A DNA stretch of 64,000 nucleotides, taken from the IMG/VR virus record IMGVR_UViG_2877794441_000003, positions 2,815-66,814 of that record. The stretch is one strand, 5' to 3'. The DNA is from a virus (lineage: Duplodnaviria; Caudoviricetes). Shown here piece after piece: positions 17,228 through 26,361 of the stretch. Position numbers and translations under genes: made by a program. The notes below the pieces were generated by a model. The model searched no databases. It saw only the letters and a list, made by a program, of their open reading frames with translations, and had not been told where the DNA came from. Within the stretch, counting starts at the first letter, position 1; each line of letters begins with the position of its first letter.

Positions 17228-17713
17228 TTAGGCGGAAGCGATCGGGCGCAGGCCCATGGAGATTTCGACGATGTCGCCGTTCGCGCCGGAGGTGTCGAAC
17301 ACGACATCAGGGAGCGGGCCGACGATGCCAGCGCCGGTAGCGGCGACGTAGCGGTTGGTGGTCGGGTTGTAGAACACCTCGCCGCCATCCACGACAGCGC
17401 CGCCGGCCTGGACCTTCATCGGGCCTTGGGTCATGAAGGCGCCGGTGAAGTACTGCGGGTAGCCGTCGACCAGCTGCGAGCCTTGAGCGACCGGCGGCAC
17501 TGCCGGGTTCAGCACTGCGAAGCCGATGAACGTGCCGGCGGAGAAAGGCACCACCCCGTGGTCGCCGGTGCCGCGCTGGACCGGGGCGCCGAAGCGGATG
17601 CCCTCTGGGTTCTCGACGGTGCGGGAGATCTTGTTGCACTTCTCCTCGCTGGCGATCTGGCCGACTAGGCCCTTGGCCGGGGCATTGGTATAGGTGGTTT
17701 GGTAGGTAGCCAT
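17228..17713 (-). CDS. Capsid decoration / cement protein
   Basis: 161 aa Gly/Ala/Val-rich, between scaffold and capsid genes. Confidence 0.75.
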   Translation of the reverse strand: MATYQTTYTNAPAKGLVGQIASEEKCNKISRTVENPEGIRFGAPVQRGTGDHGVVPFSAGTFIGFAVLNPAVPPVAQGSQLVDGYPQYFTGAFMTQGPMKVQAGGAVVDGGEVFYNPTTNRYVAATGAGIVGPLPDVVFDTSGANGDIVEISMGLRPIASA

Positions 17714-17725
17714 CGCTGGTTCTCC

Positions 17726-18859
17726 TTAGGCCTGGGCCGGGCGGTGGGCGGTTTGCATGTCAGCGATCATCTGCAGGCGCGCCTTCTCGGCGTCGTCGCC
17801 GGTGGTCTTGCTGTCCTGCTGGATCATGTGCTGGCGGAAAGGGTCGCCGGCCGGGTTCTTCGCGGCGTCCTCGACCAGAAGGTCGAAGCGAGCGTCGATG
17901 TAGGCCTCGGTCTTGCCAGCGATGGCTGCGTCGCCCAGCTTGGCGATGACCACGGCCTTGCGGATCTCCGCATCACCCTTGCCGGCGTAGTCGGCGTCGG
18001 CGATGGACTTGGCCTTGGTGATCAGGTCGGCGCGCGCCTGAACGCGCTTGTCGAGATCTGCGTCGCTGAGAACGGCCGCTTTCAGCTTGGTGATATCGTC
18101 GTCTTTCTTGGCCAGCTCGCTGTCCTTGGCCGCCAGGGCCACAGCGTGCGCGTCGGTCAGGGTCTTGATGTTGACGCCCGCGTCGGCCAGCTGCTTGGTC
18201 AGCTTGTCGATCGCCTGGGCGCCCTGGTCGGTGGTTTGAACGGACAGGCCATCAACAATGACCGTGCGCAGGGAATCAGCCATGTGATGGCCTCCTTTTG
18301 GGGGTGTGGGGTCGTTATCACCGATGCGAAGCTTTTCGCCACCTCGAGCGCGATGCTCCAGGCTGAGGTGATTCATTTTCATGGGGCCGAGGTAGACGTC
18401 GAAGTGCTCGCCATCCGGGGTCTTGCCGTCCTGGAACACCACTTCGGCGCCGTAGCCCATAGAGAGCTCGCGCTTGCCGGCCTCGTAGTCCTCGATGGCC
18501 TTGGCGTCCATCAGCACCAGCGGAACCTTGACGAATTCGCCGTCGCGGACGACTTCGCCGCCGGTCTGGCCGATGGCGTGGTCTTTCCAGTTCTTGGCGT
18601 TGACGCCCTCGCCGCCCGGGTGGCCGTTGGTCATGGGTCGGTAGGCGTAGGACTGCATGGCGTCCTTGTGGAATACCGAGCTCTCCGGCCGGTATACCTT
18701 GACGATCGGCTTGTCGCGCAGGCCGTGCTCGTTGTCCGGGTCGATCTCGGTGCCCAGGTAGTCCTGGATGCCGGTGCGAGCGACTCGGGCCTCGGCCACC
18801 AGGTAGCCGTCAGCCGTCCGCCGCACATTGGAAGCGGTGACAGAGTCTTGAAGGATCAT
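17726..18859 (-). CDS. Capsid scaffold/maturation protein (DUF2213)
   Basis: DGYLVAEARVARTGIQDYLG, RELSMGY and NHLSLEHRARGG motifs with a coiled-coil C-terminal region. Confidence 0.85.
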   Translation of the reverse strand: MILQDSVTASNVRRTADGYLVAEARVARTGIQDYLGTEIDPDNEHGLRDKPIVKVYRPESSVFHKDAMQSYAYRPMTNGHPGGEGVNAKNWKDHAIGQTGGEVVRDGEFVKVPLVLMDAKAIEDYEAGKRELSMGYGAEVVFQDGKTPDGEHFDVYLGPMKMNHLSLEHRARGGEKLRIGDNDPTPPKGGHHMADSLRTVIVDGLSVQTTDQGAQAIDKLTKQLADAGVNIKTLTDAHAVALAAKDSELAKKDDDITKLKAAVLSDADLDKRVQARADLITKAKSIADADYAGKGDAEIRKAVVIAKLGDAAIAGKTEAYIDARFDLLVEDAAKNPAGDPFRQHMIQQDSKTTGDDAEKARLQMIADMQTAHRPAQA

Positions 18860-18867
18860 GGTTTACC

Positions 18868-20664
18868 TCAGGGCTGCAGGTCTTCGAAGATTTCCGGCCC
18901 GAATTCGATCTTCCCGCGGTACGGCTCGACCTTGCTTAGGTCGAGATCGCCAGCGGCGTAGGTGATGGTCACGTGCGGCTGGTACTCCTCGTAATCCCAC
19001 GAGGCGCCGGCTTCACGGATCTGCATGTGTCGCCAGGCCAGTTCGGACGAGTTGAACAGCAGTACGACTGCGCCTTCTCCACCCAGCGGCTCGACCAGGC
19101 GCGCACCGCCCGGAGCGACGGCCAACCCGCCGTCCTGCCGGCTGCCCCAGTCGCCGCCAACCTTCATCCAGTCCAGCGCCTGCCTGCTGTATGCGATGGT
19201 GACGTGCAGTTCATCGGCCGGGACTGTGGTATCGAAGCCTTGGGCCTTGGCCCATGCCAGGATGTCGGCGCCGTTGGTGACCTTGCGCTGCACGTACAGC
19301 GGCCGCGGGGCTGCGTCACCGAGGGAGGTAGTGCGCGACGGGGTCTTGTTGCCCTCCTCGTCGATCTCCGGCTCTTCCTCGTCCGGCAGCTGCGATCCGT
19401 ACTCAGCAATCGCCGACTCCAGCCCAGGCAGAACGCTCTGCTCAACCAGCATGGTTGTTGCCGCCTTGCTCAGCGCCTCATCAGGGAACAGACCGGACTC
19501 CTTGAGGATCTTGACCGTCTCGGCCGCCCGCTTGCTGTTCTCCGACTGCTGAGTAGCTGTCGGCTGCCAAAGCGGGTTCCAGATGTAGTGGATTTTCTTG
19601 TCACGGCTGCCCAGGGCTGAACGGATCAGGCACTCGTCAGCCACGGACAGTGCCGGGGTGATATCAAGCTCCTGCATCGCCTGGATACGGTCGTAGTAGT
19701 TGCGCAGGTCCGATTCCCCGGTCGCACTCAGGCCCGAGGGCGCCTGCCCGATCAGGCGGGTGGCCGGGATGTCAGCAGCGCCGGAAACAGCCTGAAGGAA
19801 TCGATCGATGACGTCAGGCAGGCCGCCGAAGCTCGCCTGCTTGCTGTCGTAGTCTTCCGCAGCATCCAACAGCAGCGTGCCGTTGATGCCCTTCGCCATG
19901 GCCGCCAGCCGAATGCGCTCCAGCACCTGCTTTTCGAACGCTGGATCCTGCAATTGCTGCATGAAGTCCGGGATCTTGATGACGTCGACCTTGGCCTCGT
20001 AGACCAGGCTCGCCACGTTCGCGTTGGTGCCGTCCGATTGCTTGATGGCATCGAACACGGCCTGGAGCACGGAATCGCCCCAGCCATAATCGACCACCAT
20101 ATCGGCCCCGGGGTCTGGCAGCTCGGCGCCGATGAAGATGATCAGTCGTGACGGGTGAATCTTCAGCTGGCTGCCGCTGACGGTGTACCACTTGGGCTTT
20201 TCGAACAGTTCCGACTGCGGGTCCTGCTCAATCTCGCCGGCGGCCAGCTTGCGCTTGCTCAGTACGGTCAGGTACTTGATGCCGCCCTTCCCGATCCGCT
20301 CAGGATTGAGCGGGCCGGAGGTGTCGCGCTCACCGGTACCGATGAAAATCGCCGAGCCACCGAACAGCCTTGCCCGGGTCAGTGCCTGTTTCACCTTGCG
20401 GCGCAGGTCCAAGCGCTTCTCTTCGGCCTCGATCTTCTCGATCTGGTCCTTGGTAGCCTGCCAGCCCCGCCAGCGCCGTGTAGCGTCCAGCGGCGGGATG
20501 TCGACGATCTTGCGCGGCAGCCAAGCCCCTCGGTAGGCGTTGCTCAGGTCCTGATCAGTCAGCATCACAGGCGCATACACGGACCCCGATGCCTTGTCGC
20601 GGTCGGTGCCCAGGTTCGCCACCAGGTTCACCAGCTTGTCGCTGAGGTATCGGACTACGCCCAT
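18868..20664 (-). CDS. Portal protein (DUF1073) fused to C-terminal Acb1-like 2H phosphoesterase
   Basis: N-terminal ~430 aa portal (PRKIVDIPPLDATRRW, DIPATRLIGQAPSGL, NYYDRI); acidic linker; last ~145 aa carry LHVTIAYS and PHVTITY 2H motifs. Confidence 0.85.
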   Translation of the reverse strand: MGVVRYLSDKLVNLVANLGTDRDKASGSVYAPVMLTDQDLSNAYRGAWLPRKIVDIPPLDATRRWRGWQATKDQIEKIEAEEKRLDLRRKVKQALTRARLFGGSAIFIGTGERDTSGPLNPERIGKGGIKYLTVLSKRKLAAGEIEQDPQSELFEKPKWYTVSGSQLKIHPSRLIIFIGAELPDPGADMVVDYGWGDSVLQAVFDAIKQSDGTNANVASLVYEAKVDVIKIPDFMQQLQDPAFEKQVLERIRLAAMAKGINGTLLLDAAEDYDSKQASFGGLPDVIDRFLQAVSGAADIPATRLIGQAPSGLSATGESDLRNYYDRIQAMQELDITPALSVADECLIRSALGSRDKKIHYIWNPLWQPTATQQSENSKRAAETVKILKESGLFPDEALSKAATTMLVEQSVLPGLESAIAEYGSQLPDEEEPEIDEEGNKTPSRTTSLGDAAPRPLYVQRKVTNGADILAWAKAQGFDTTVPADELHVTIAYSRQALDWMKVGGDWGSRQDGGLAVAPGGARLVEPLGGEGAVVLLFNSSELAWRHMQIREAGASWDYEEYQPHVTITYAAGDLDLSKVEPYRGKIEFGPEIFEDLQP

Positions 20665-21950
20665 TAGGAAACACCTGCGAGGGAGTACTTGTTGATTGGG
20701 TACTCTTTGTGGATGAAGTAGCCGCCGGCGTCTGGCCGGTGGTCGTTGCCCTGCTTCTTGTCCGGCTCGCCGTTGTCGCCCCAGATCTGCTGCTCGAGGT
20801 CATCGGCGTAGGTCGGGCACTTGTCGGCGTTGATCCGGTACCGGCGCTGGCCCGCGGCGTTGCAGAACATGGCGTTCATTGAGTTGATGCGGTCTTTCAC
20901 GGGCGGGTTAGCACCGGGCGCCGACACCATGAATCCGGCCTGCTTGAGCAGGGAGATGTCGGTCTCACTGGCCCGGACGGACTTGCGAGAGTCGCCCGAG
21001 GCATCCGGATAGACCCGGATCTGTCGGGTGTTGCGGAAGTCGCCGTCGGCATACAGCCAGTAGCGCTCCTTGATCTGGCGGATCATGTCGGGCGTGTCGT
21101 AGCCGTTGATGATCTCGTCCACCGCGTGCGGCAGGCCCAGGCGCTTCACGTGCACCACTGCCGACATCTTCCCGACGTTGAAGTCCATGCCGATGAACAG
21201 GGCCTCGCCAGGCTGGATAGTCTCCTGGCTGCCGTTGAGCTTGCGGTCGTAGGCGGTGTAGATCGTCCCGGACGTCAGGTTGACGAATTGGCCATTCAGG
21301 TAGGCCATGATCAACTGCTCAGGGTATGAGTCCATCAGCGACGGAATGTAGTCCGGCGGCAGATTCAGCTCGTTGTCGAACGTGCTCGCCTGCACCAGGC
21401 CGTACATGTCGTTCAGCGCCGGTTTCTCGCGCAGCTGCTTCACGAACTGCTGATAGACGAACTTGAACCCCTCGGGGGTCGTGGTGACGTCTACACCGTT
21501 CTTGAGCCCGTCCACGTTGTAGCGCATACGGGCGATGATCTTGCGCCAGGCGTGCTCAGCCTTCAGCTTGGGCAGGACGTCCAGCTCATCGACCAGAGCG
21601 TGCCCGATCTTGAAGCCCACGATGGTCTGGGGCTTCTCCATCGAGCGGCAGATGGTCGTGCTGCGGTACTGACCACCGCTGTAGAACTCGACCTCCTTGT
21701 CGCTCTCCTTCGTCTTGACCTTGAGGCCCCAGTCGAAGGCGACCTCCTCAATGGTCGGGAAGAAGATGTCGCGGATCTGCGGGTACGTCGGGGCGAAGTA
21801 GCCGGAGTTGATCCTGGGCCATTCCCAAACGTGCTTGCAGATGCCAGCGCAGCCTACCCAGGTTTTGCCCGAGCCGAAGCCAGCGACGAAGCCGCGGAAC
21901 TTGTGCCGCATGTTGATGAAGGTGGCCTGCGGGACGTTAAGCGTCGGCAT
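20664..21950 (-). CDS. Terminase large subunit
   Basis: Walker A GFGSGKT, Walker B LVDELD, C-terminal nuclease GMDFN and DHRPDA. Confidence 0.93.
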   Translation of the reverse strand: MPTLNVPQATFINMRHKFRGFVAGFGSGKTWVGCAGICKHVWEWPRINSGYFAPTYPQIRDIFFPTIEEVAFDWGLKVKTKESDKEVEFYSGGQYRSTTICRSMEKPQTIVGFKIGHALVDELDVLPKLKAEHAWRKIIARMRYNVDGLKNGVDVTTTPEGFKFVYQQFVKQLREKPALNDMYGLVQASTFDNELNLPPDYIPSLMDSYPEQLIMAYLNGQFVNLTSGTIYTAYDRKLNGSQETIQPGEALFIGMDFNVGKMSAVVHVKRLGLPHAVDEIINGYDTPDMIRQIKERYWLYADGDFRNTRQIRVYPDASGDSRKSVRASETDISLLKQAGFMVSAPGANPPVKDRINSMNAMFCNAAGQRRYRINADKCPTYADDLEQQIWGDNGEPDKKQGNDHRPDAGGYFIHKEYPINKYSLAGVS

Positions 21951-22398
21951 CGCGCTTCCTCGCATCCATCACCGTGACCTGTACCGAGGTGGGTACCGCG
22001 TTGTCGAGCGGGCTATCCACCTTCGTCTGCCGGTTCACGTACACGTCGCCTACTTCCTTGGCCGCCTGCTCCAGTAACTGGGCGGTCAGGGCCATATTCT
22101 TCATGCTCTCGGCCTTCTCGGCCATGCGACCCAGTGTGCGGAGGCGGTAGGCTCGGTGCGCGATTGGGATATCAGCAGTCTCGGTGGTGAAGCGCTCCCG
22201 GCATGCGTGGAACATATCCACCCAGCGCTTGGCCAGGCCGCGCCCGGCGAACTTCGTAGGATCGTGCGATTCGCACTGCTGCCGACTGACATCGACGCTG
22301 AATTCTTTTTTGACAGCCTCCACCACCTGGGACGGTGTATCGAAGCAGGCCAGAGCCTGAACAATGAAGGCTTTGACCTCGCTTCGTAGTGCTGCCAT
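21937..22398 (-). CDS. Terminase small subunit (DUF2280-like)
   Basis: MAALRSEVKAFIVQALACFDTPSQV N-terminus; directly upstream of terL. Confidence 0.85.
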   Translation of the reverse strand: MAALRSEVKAFIVQALACFDTPSQVVEAVKKEFSVDVSRQQCESHDPTKFAGRGLAKRWVDMFHACRERFTTETADIPIAHRAYRLRTLGRMAEKAESMKNMALTAQLLEQAAKEVGDVYVNRQTKVDSPLDNAVPTSVQVTVMDARKRDADA

Positions 22399-22428
22399 GG
22401 GTTGTCATCCGTCAAAACCTGTCAAAAA

Positions 22429-23037
22429 TCAGGCCGACTTGAGTAGGCAGGTTCCGCAGGCCCTCGAAATGTTGATCTTGGCCACTTCAGGTGGCCGGCT
22501 TGCAGCGTCGATCAGCTGCTGTACGTCGTGACTGGCACCGTAGCGGCGAACCACACCGACGAACTCCTCGACGTCATGGCCGCGCATCTCAAGCTTAGGC
22601 ATGCCGTCATCGCCGAACGCTGGGGCGCCGTACTTATCGAGCTTGTGGCCGATGTGGTACAGCTCATGCTCGACCAGGGCGCAGAACTCGGCCTCGGTGC
22701 ACTGGGAGCAGTAATCGGCGGCCAGGGTGATGAGGAACTCGGGCTCTTCGCCGAACCAGCCCCGCATCTGCTGCTCTTGGCGAGCCTTCTGCCAGCCGCC
22801 CGCGCGGATCATCAGTTGCTCAGCCTGGCCCAGCACTGAGCGGCCCTTCTTCGCAAAGCTGGACGACGCCCACATGACACCGATGCTCGCATCGATCAGA
22901 TGAGCATGCTCTTCGTTGTGGATGCTGCCGGTGGTGGCGAGGATCTCGGCCTGTATCCACTCCCACAGATCGGGAGCAGGCTTGAGGATCAGGAATGGCG
23001 ACTCGAGCAGGTCGGCCGGCGGCATTGGCCGGGTCAC
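22429..23037 (-). CDS. Putative phage metallopeptidase
   Basis: HELYH (HExxH) plus GHDVEEF motif. Confidence 0.75.
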   Translation of the reverse strand: MTRPMPPADLLESPFLILKPAPDLWEWIQAEILATTGSIHNEEHAHLIDASIGVMWASSSFAKKGRSVLGQAEQLMIRAGGWQKARQEQQMRGWFGEEPEFLITLAADYCSQCTEAEFCALVEHELYHIGHKLDKYGAPAFGDDGMPKLEMRGHDVEEFVGVVRRYGASHDVQQLIDAASRPPEVAKINISRACGTCLLKSA

Positions 23038-23246
23038 GCCGGCTGCACCGTGACCACCCCTCGCAGCCTGCGGGTGTAGACGTCATCACAGGCTGGGCGC
23101 TTTACCTTGAACGGGCGAGGCGAATACACGCATACCCCGGCATCGGTATCGCACCACAGCACGTTTTCGACTTGATTGCCATTCACGAACACGCGGCGAT
23201 TTCCGCGGCCGTCGGCGTGACGATGGAAGCTGGATGGCGCAGGCAT
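23034..23246 (-). CDS. Hypothetical protein
   Basis: 70 aa, stop overlaps the next start codon. Confidence 0.5.
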   Translation of the reverse strand: MPAPSSFHRHADGRGNRRVFVNGNQVENVLWCDTDAGVCVYSPRPFKVKRPACDDVYTRRLRGVVTVQPA

Positions 23247-23249
23247 AAG

Positions 23250-23483
23250 TCAATCTCCGAGGCGCTGGCCAGATATCACCTCGCCAAGGCTCAGCCCATG
23301 ACGCGAACGGCTGGACTCAATCCCATCGGCCTTATCCTTCGCCACCATTGCGTCAGCAACCAGGTCGGCCTGCTGGCCGCTGGGGAACTCTCCAATCATC
23401 GAGGATGAGGCGCTGTCAGCGTCGGAGGCGTAGCGGCTCACGATGTAGCGGGTAACCGGGCGAACTTGGTATTCGGTCTTCAT
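23250..23483 (-). CDS. Hypothetical protein
   Basis: From MKTEYQVRP with a GGAG RBS. Confidence 0.5.
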   Translation of the reverse strand: MKTEYQVRPVTRYIVSRYASDADSASSSMIGEFPSGQQADLVADAMVAKDKADGIESSRSRHGLSLGEVISGQRLGD

Positions 23484-23542
23484 GGGATATCTCCGGCCTG
23501 CGCACAGGCTGAGTGGTGGTCGCGCCACGAAATGGCGCACGT

Positions 23543-23860
23543 CTATTTTGTGGCGCGCGGCCTTTGTCTCGACTGATCGAACAGCCTGGCCACGTTGCCC
23601 CTTGAGCGCAGGGCCAGGATGAACAGGATTCCAAATATCAGGGTGCTAGGCAGTGATGTAGCCGGCCACTGCCCGTACAGGAGGATTGCTCCGATGATGC
23701 TTAGCCACTCCTGACCGAACAGGGAGGCGAGGCAGAATGCGCATAGGCTTGGCAGGAACTTGTAGCTCGACCCGCCCCGCCGGTACATGAACGCGATGAC
23801 AAAGCAGATCCCGCCGCAGAACCCGGCGTGTGCCAGAGTGATGGTTTGGTCTAGGGTCAT
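23543..23860 (-). CDS. Putative holin-family membrane protein
   Basis: Three hydrophobic segments, basic C-terminus; start overlaps stop of upstream membrane gene. Confidence 0.65.
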   Translation of the reverse strand: MTLDQTITLAHAGFCGGICFVIAFMYRRGGSSYKFLPSLCAFCLASLFGQEWLSIIGAILLYGQWPATSLPSTLIFGILFILALRSRGNVARLFDQSRQRPRATK

Positions 23861-24246
23861 TGGCCCCCTCGCTTGGGGAACAGACTGCCGATTGCTGCTG
23901 GCAGCTCGGTTACCCACTTCGGCAGTTTGCCGGTGGTGATCGACTCCAGAACGCTGATACTCACCAGAACGGTGGCGAGGCCACAGCTGAATGCGGCAAT
24001 GCCGCTGGTTTTGGTCCAGGCTTGGGCCAGGATCTCGGCAGAGCCGTAGTACCCGCCGATCCAGCCGGCGAGCAGGTAGCCCATGCGCTGCCAGAGGGTG
24101 ATGTCCTTAGCCCACAGGATGAAGAGCAGTGCGCCACCGAAGGCGCAGACAACAGCGTTCAGATCAATCGTGGGAAGGCAGCTTGCCAGGGCAATGCCGC
24201 CAAGCCCTACAACCGTGCAGGCAGCTGCAGAAGCGGCATCGACCAT
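23857..24246 (-). CDS. Putative holin
   Basis: From MVDAASAAAC; multiple TM segments; first genes of the late operon. Confidence 0.65.
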   Translation of the reverse strand: MVDAASAAACTVVGLGGIALASCLPTIDLNAVVCAFGGALLFILWAKDITLWQRMGYLLAGWIGGYYGSAEILAQAWTKTSGIAAFSCGLATVLVSISVLESITTGKLPKWVTELPAAIGSLFPKRGGQ

Positions 24247-24256
24247 GTTCAGTCCC

Positions 24257-24520
24257 TTAGTGTTTGTAGCGGAATGGTGCGGGGCCGCGGAAGTCGATCC
24301 CGGTGGCCAGAGCCCATACCGCAAAAATGAGGATGCCCGCGCTCAGTGCGGCAGCCAGAAATAGTGCCCGTCGCTCTTGGGTTGAGCCGTCAGGCCTTTT
24401 GAGGCCCTGGATGATGAAGAGGCAGCCCAGGAAGATGTTCGCGCTGATGTCGCGATGCATGGCGTAACTGGCCAAGGCCATGGAGAAGGCAAGCAGGCTC
24501 CAGCAGGTGGAGCGGGCCAT
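24257..24520 (-). CDS. Small multi-pass membrane protein (87 aa)
   Basis: MARSTCWSLLAFSMALASYAM... preceded by GGAGG RBS, between Q and holins. Confidence 0.55.
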   Translation of the reverse strand: MARSTCWSLLAFSMALASYAMHRDISANIFLGCLFIIQGLKRPDGSTQERRALFLAAALSAGILIFAVWALATGIDFRGPAPFRYKH

Positions 24521-24558
24521 ATCGCCTCCGGGGACTCTTGATGGCCTCTGCAGGCAAC

Positions 24559-24583
24559 AAAAAACCCGGCACTTGGCCGGGTT
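24559..24583 (-). terminator. Late-leader terminator (tR'-like)
   Basis: CCCGGC-CAAGT-GCCGGG plus T6 just downstream of Q-like gene. Confidence 0.6.
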
Positions 24584-24651
24584 CAGTGTTATTTTTGCCA
24601 AAGGCAAAATTATCAGGATGGCGAAATAGTGCCACCAGCCGGACAATTCCG

Positions 24652-25242
24652 TCAAGCGGCAGATTTCATGATTTTTATAACCGCTGAAACTGGCACGAGA
24701 GCAGCCTTGTCGAGATCGTTGCAGGCGTCGAAACAGGCCTGAATGAATCCCTCCCATTCCCGGGTCCATTGTTCGGACGAAAGCTCCAGGCCCAGGACAT
24801 GTAGCAACCATGATCGGAACCCTTCCGGCGTCGGGCATGGATCAATCCCTTCGCTCTGCCCACCCTGGTGCATGCGGCGGTACCGGTGCAGCACGCCCTG
24901 AGCGACTAGGCGGGCCTTCTCGAACTTCTTGGCGTACATCCGAGGGCCAGCGGCATAGGCAACGATGAACATCGCTTCATGCGCTTCCTCGGCGTCGTCG
25001 GTGGTGCCCATCGGGCTGTACATGTGGTTGCCGAACGCCTTCAGGTGGGCCGGCAGCGTGTCGATCGCCCGCTGGATGTGGGCGGCGACCGCCTGGTGCG
25101 CCTGGTGGCCTGCCTTCCGCTGCTTGTCGGTCTTCTGGATCATGCGGCCGAGCAGCCCCATTTCCTGCATCACTGCGCCCTGGCTATCGCGGGCCTGGTA
25201 GTAGCAGTCGTGCCAGGCACTCCTTGCGCTGCTCAGTTGCAT
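24652..25242 (-). CDS. Antitermination protein Q-like
   Basis: Position after ninG and before the late operon; size and sequence style of Pseudomonas prophage Q-like proteins. Confidence 0.6.
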   Translation of the reverse strand: MQLSSARSAWHDCYYQARDSQGAVMQEMGLLGRMIQKTDKQRKAGHQAHQAVAAHIQRAIDTLPAHLKAFGNHMYSPMGTTDDAEEAHEAMFIVAYAAGPRMYAKKFEKARLVAQGVLHRYRRMHQGGQSEGIDPCPTPEGFRSWLLHVLGLELSSEQWTREWEGFIQACFDACNDLDKAALVPVSAVIKIMKSAA

Positions 25243-25364
25243 GGGCCGCCCTCCTCGCGCTTGCGCTTGGCCTTGATGGCGATACCACGCACTAGGGCCC
25301 AGCCCCCGAAGATGATCACCCCGAGCAGGAGCAGCTGTGCGGTATCGATTAGTGTCCAGTTCAT
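25233..25364 (-). CDS. Small single-pass membrane protein (43 aa)
   Basis: Hand translation MNWTLIDTAQLLLLGVIIFGGWALVRGIAIKAKRKREEGGPCN; overlaps both neighbours. Confidence 0.5.
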   Translation of the reverse strand: MNWTLIDTAQLLLLGVIIFGGWALVRGIAIKAKRKREEGGPCN

Positions 25365-25963
25365 GCTGCTGCCCTCCGTAGATCTTTGAGTTTTTGCCTG
25401 TACAGGGCCTTGATGGCCTGCAGGTCTTCGATGGTCAGGCGTTGGGGCTTATGAGGCCCTTCGAGCCATTCAACCTGGTCGGCGCCGATGCGCTTCACCA
25501 GGCGGATGCGGTACTCAACCGCGTTACCGGACAGGTTCCGATTGCACTTCACGCACTGGCGGTGCACGTTGAGCGGCTCGAAGCGCAGCTCCGGGCAGGC
25601 GCCCACCGAACGGTAATGCCCGGCGTCCCAGCGGCTGCCGGTAATCAGGTCGTGGTCGCTCGGGCTCGAGTCGCAACTGATGCACGGCAGGCCGGCGTCG
25701 CGCTCGCGGATGTAGGCATTGAACGCCGTCTGCGCCTCGGCCATGTGTTCGCGGCGTGTCTTCAGCTTGTCCCGGCGCTCCTTTAAGTCCTCTCGGGCTT
25801 GCTTGGTGATGGCCTTGGCCGCGACCTTCTGCAGCTTCGGGTCCTTGGCCATGGCCTTGGCACAGGCAATGCTGCACACCTTCTGCGTGGTCATTGTCGG
25901 CTTGAAGGGCTTGCCGCAACCTGGTGCCTTGCACTTCTTCGGTTTGATCTCCTTGGCAAGCAT
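25361..25963 (-). CDS. ninG: NinG/Rap recombination endonuclease
   Basis: FNAYIRERDAGLPCISC, WDAGHYRSVGA and QCVKCN motifs. Confidence 0.92.
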   Translation of the reverse strand: MLAKEIKPKKCKAPGCGKPFKPTMTTQKVCSIACAKAMAKDPKLQKVAAKAITKQAREDLKERRDKLKTRREHMAEAQTAFNAYIRERDAGLPCISCDSSPSDHDLITGSRWDAGHYRSVGACPELRFEPLNVHRQCVKCNRNLSGNAVEYRIRLVKRIGADQVEWLEGPHKPQRLTIEDLQAIKALYRQKLKDLRRAAA

Positions 25964-26361
25964 CAGTACCGCCCTCCCCACCGATCCGGCTCAGTCCAGC
26001 GAACGCCGTGCTCGGCGCCGAAGGCATGCATCACTTCGAACAGGTCGCTGAACCACTTCTGAGACTGCTTACGGGTCGAGACACCTAGGACGACGAAGCC
26101 GCCGTCGATGCCCGGCACCGCATCCTGCTTCTGCACCGCCGCGCTGAAGATGTGCTTCCAGTCCTCGTCGGTGAGCTTGCGGCCGTACCACTCCACCTGC
26201 TGGGACACGTCGCGGAGCATTGCCCACATCTTCCGGTTGCAGACGTCCGGGCGCTTCTCGTCCTTGATGACCACCACCTTGGGCTTGGTCAGGTCGATGG
26301 CGTGCAGGGCGCCGTACAGACGGTTGAGGTCCTGACTGCTGCGAATTGCGAACTCAGTCAC
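25963..26361 (-). CDS. ninB: NinB/Orf recombination protein
   Basis: NRKMWAMLRDVSQQVEWYG..EDWKHIF and VPGIDGGFVVLG motifs. Confidence 0.9.
   Translation of the reverse strand: MTEFAIRSSQDLNRLYGALHAIDLTKPKVVVIKDEKRPDVCNRKMWAMLRDVSQQVEWYGRKLTDEDWKHIFSAAVQKQDAVPGIDGGFVVLGVSTRKQSQKWFSDLFEVMHAFGAEHGVRWTEPDRWGGRY

Noticed and set aside
15770-18961. Long plus-strand ORFs (632 aa, 420 aa) over the head genes
   Set aside because: Antisense shadows of high-GC capsid/scaffold genes; no RBS or recognisable motifs, while the minus-strand genes are clear.
23543-24520. Endolysin/spanin genes
   Set aside because: No lysozyme, amidase or spanin motifs here; they probably lie beyond the tail spike, left of the window.
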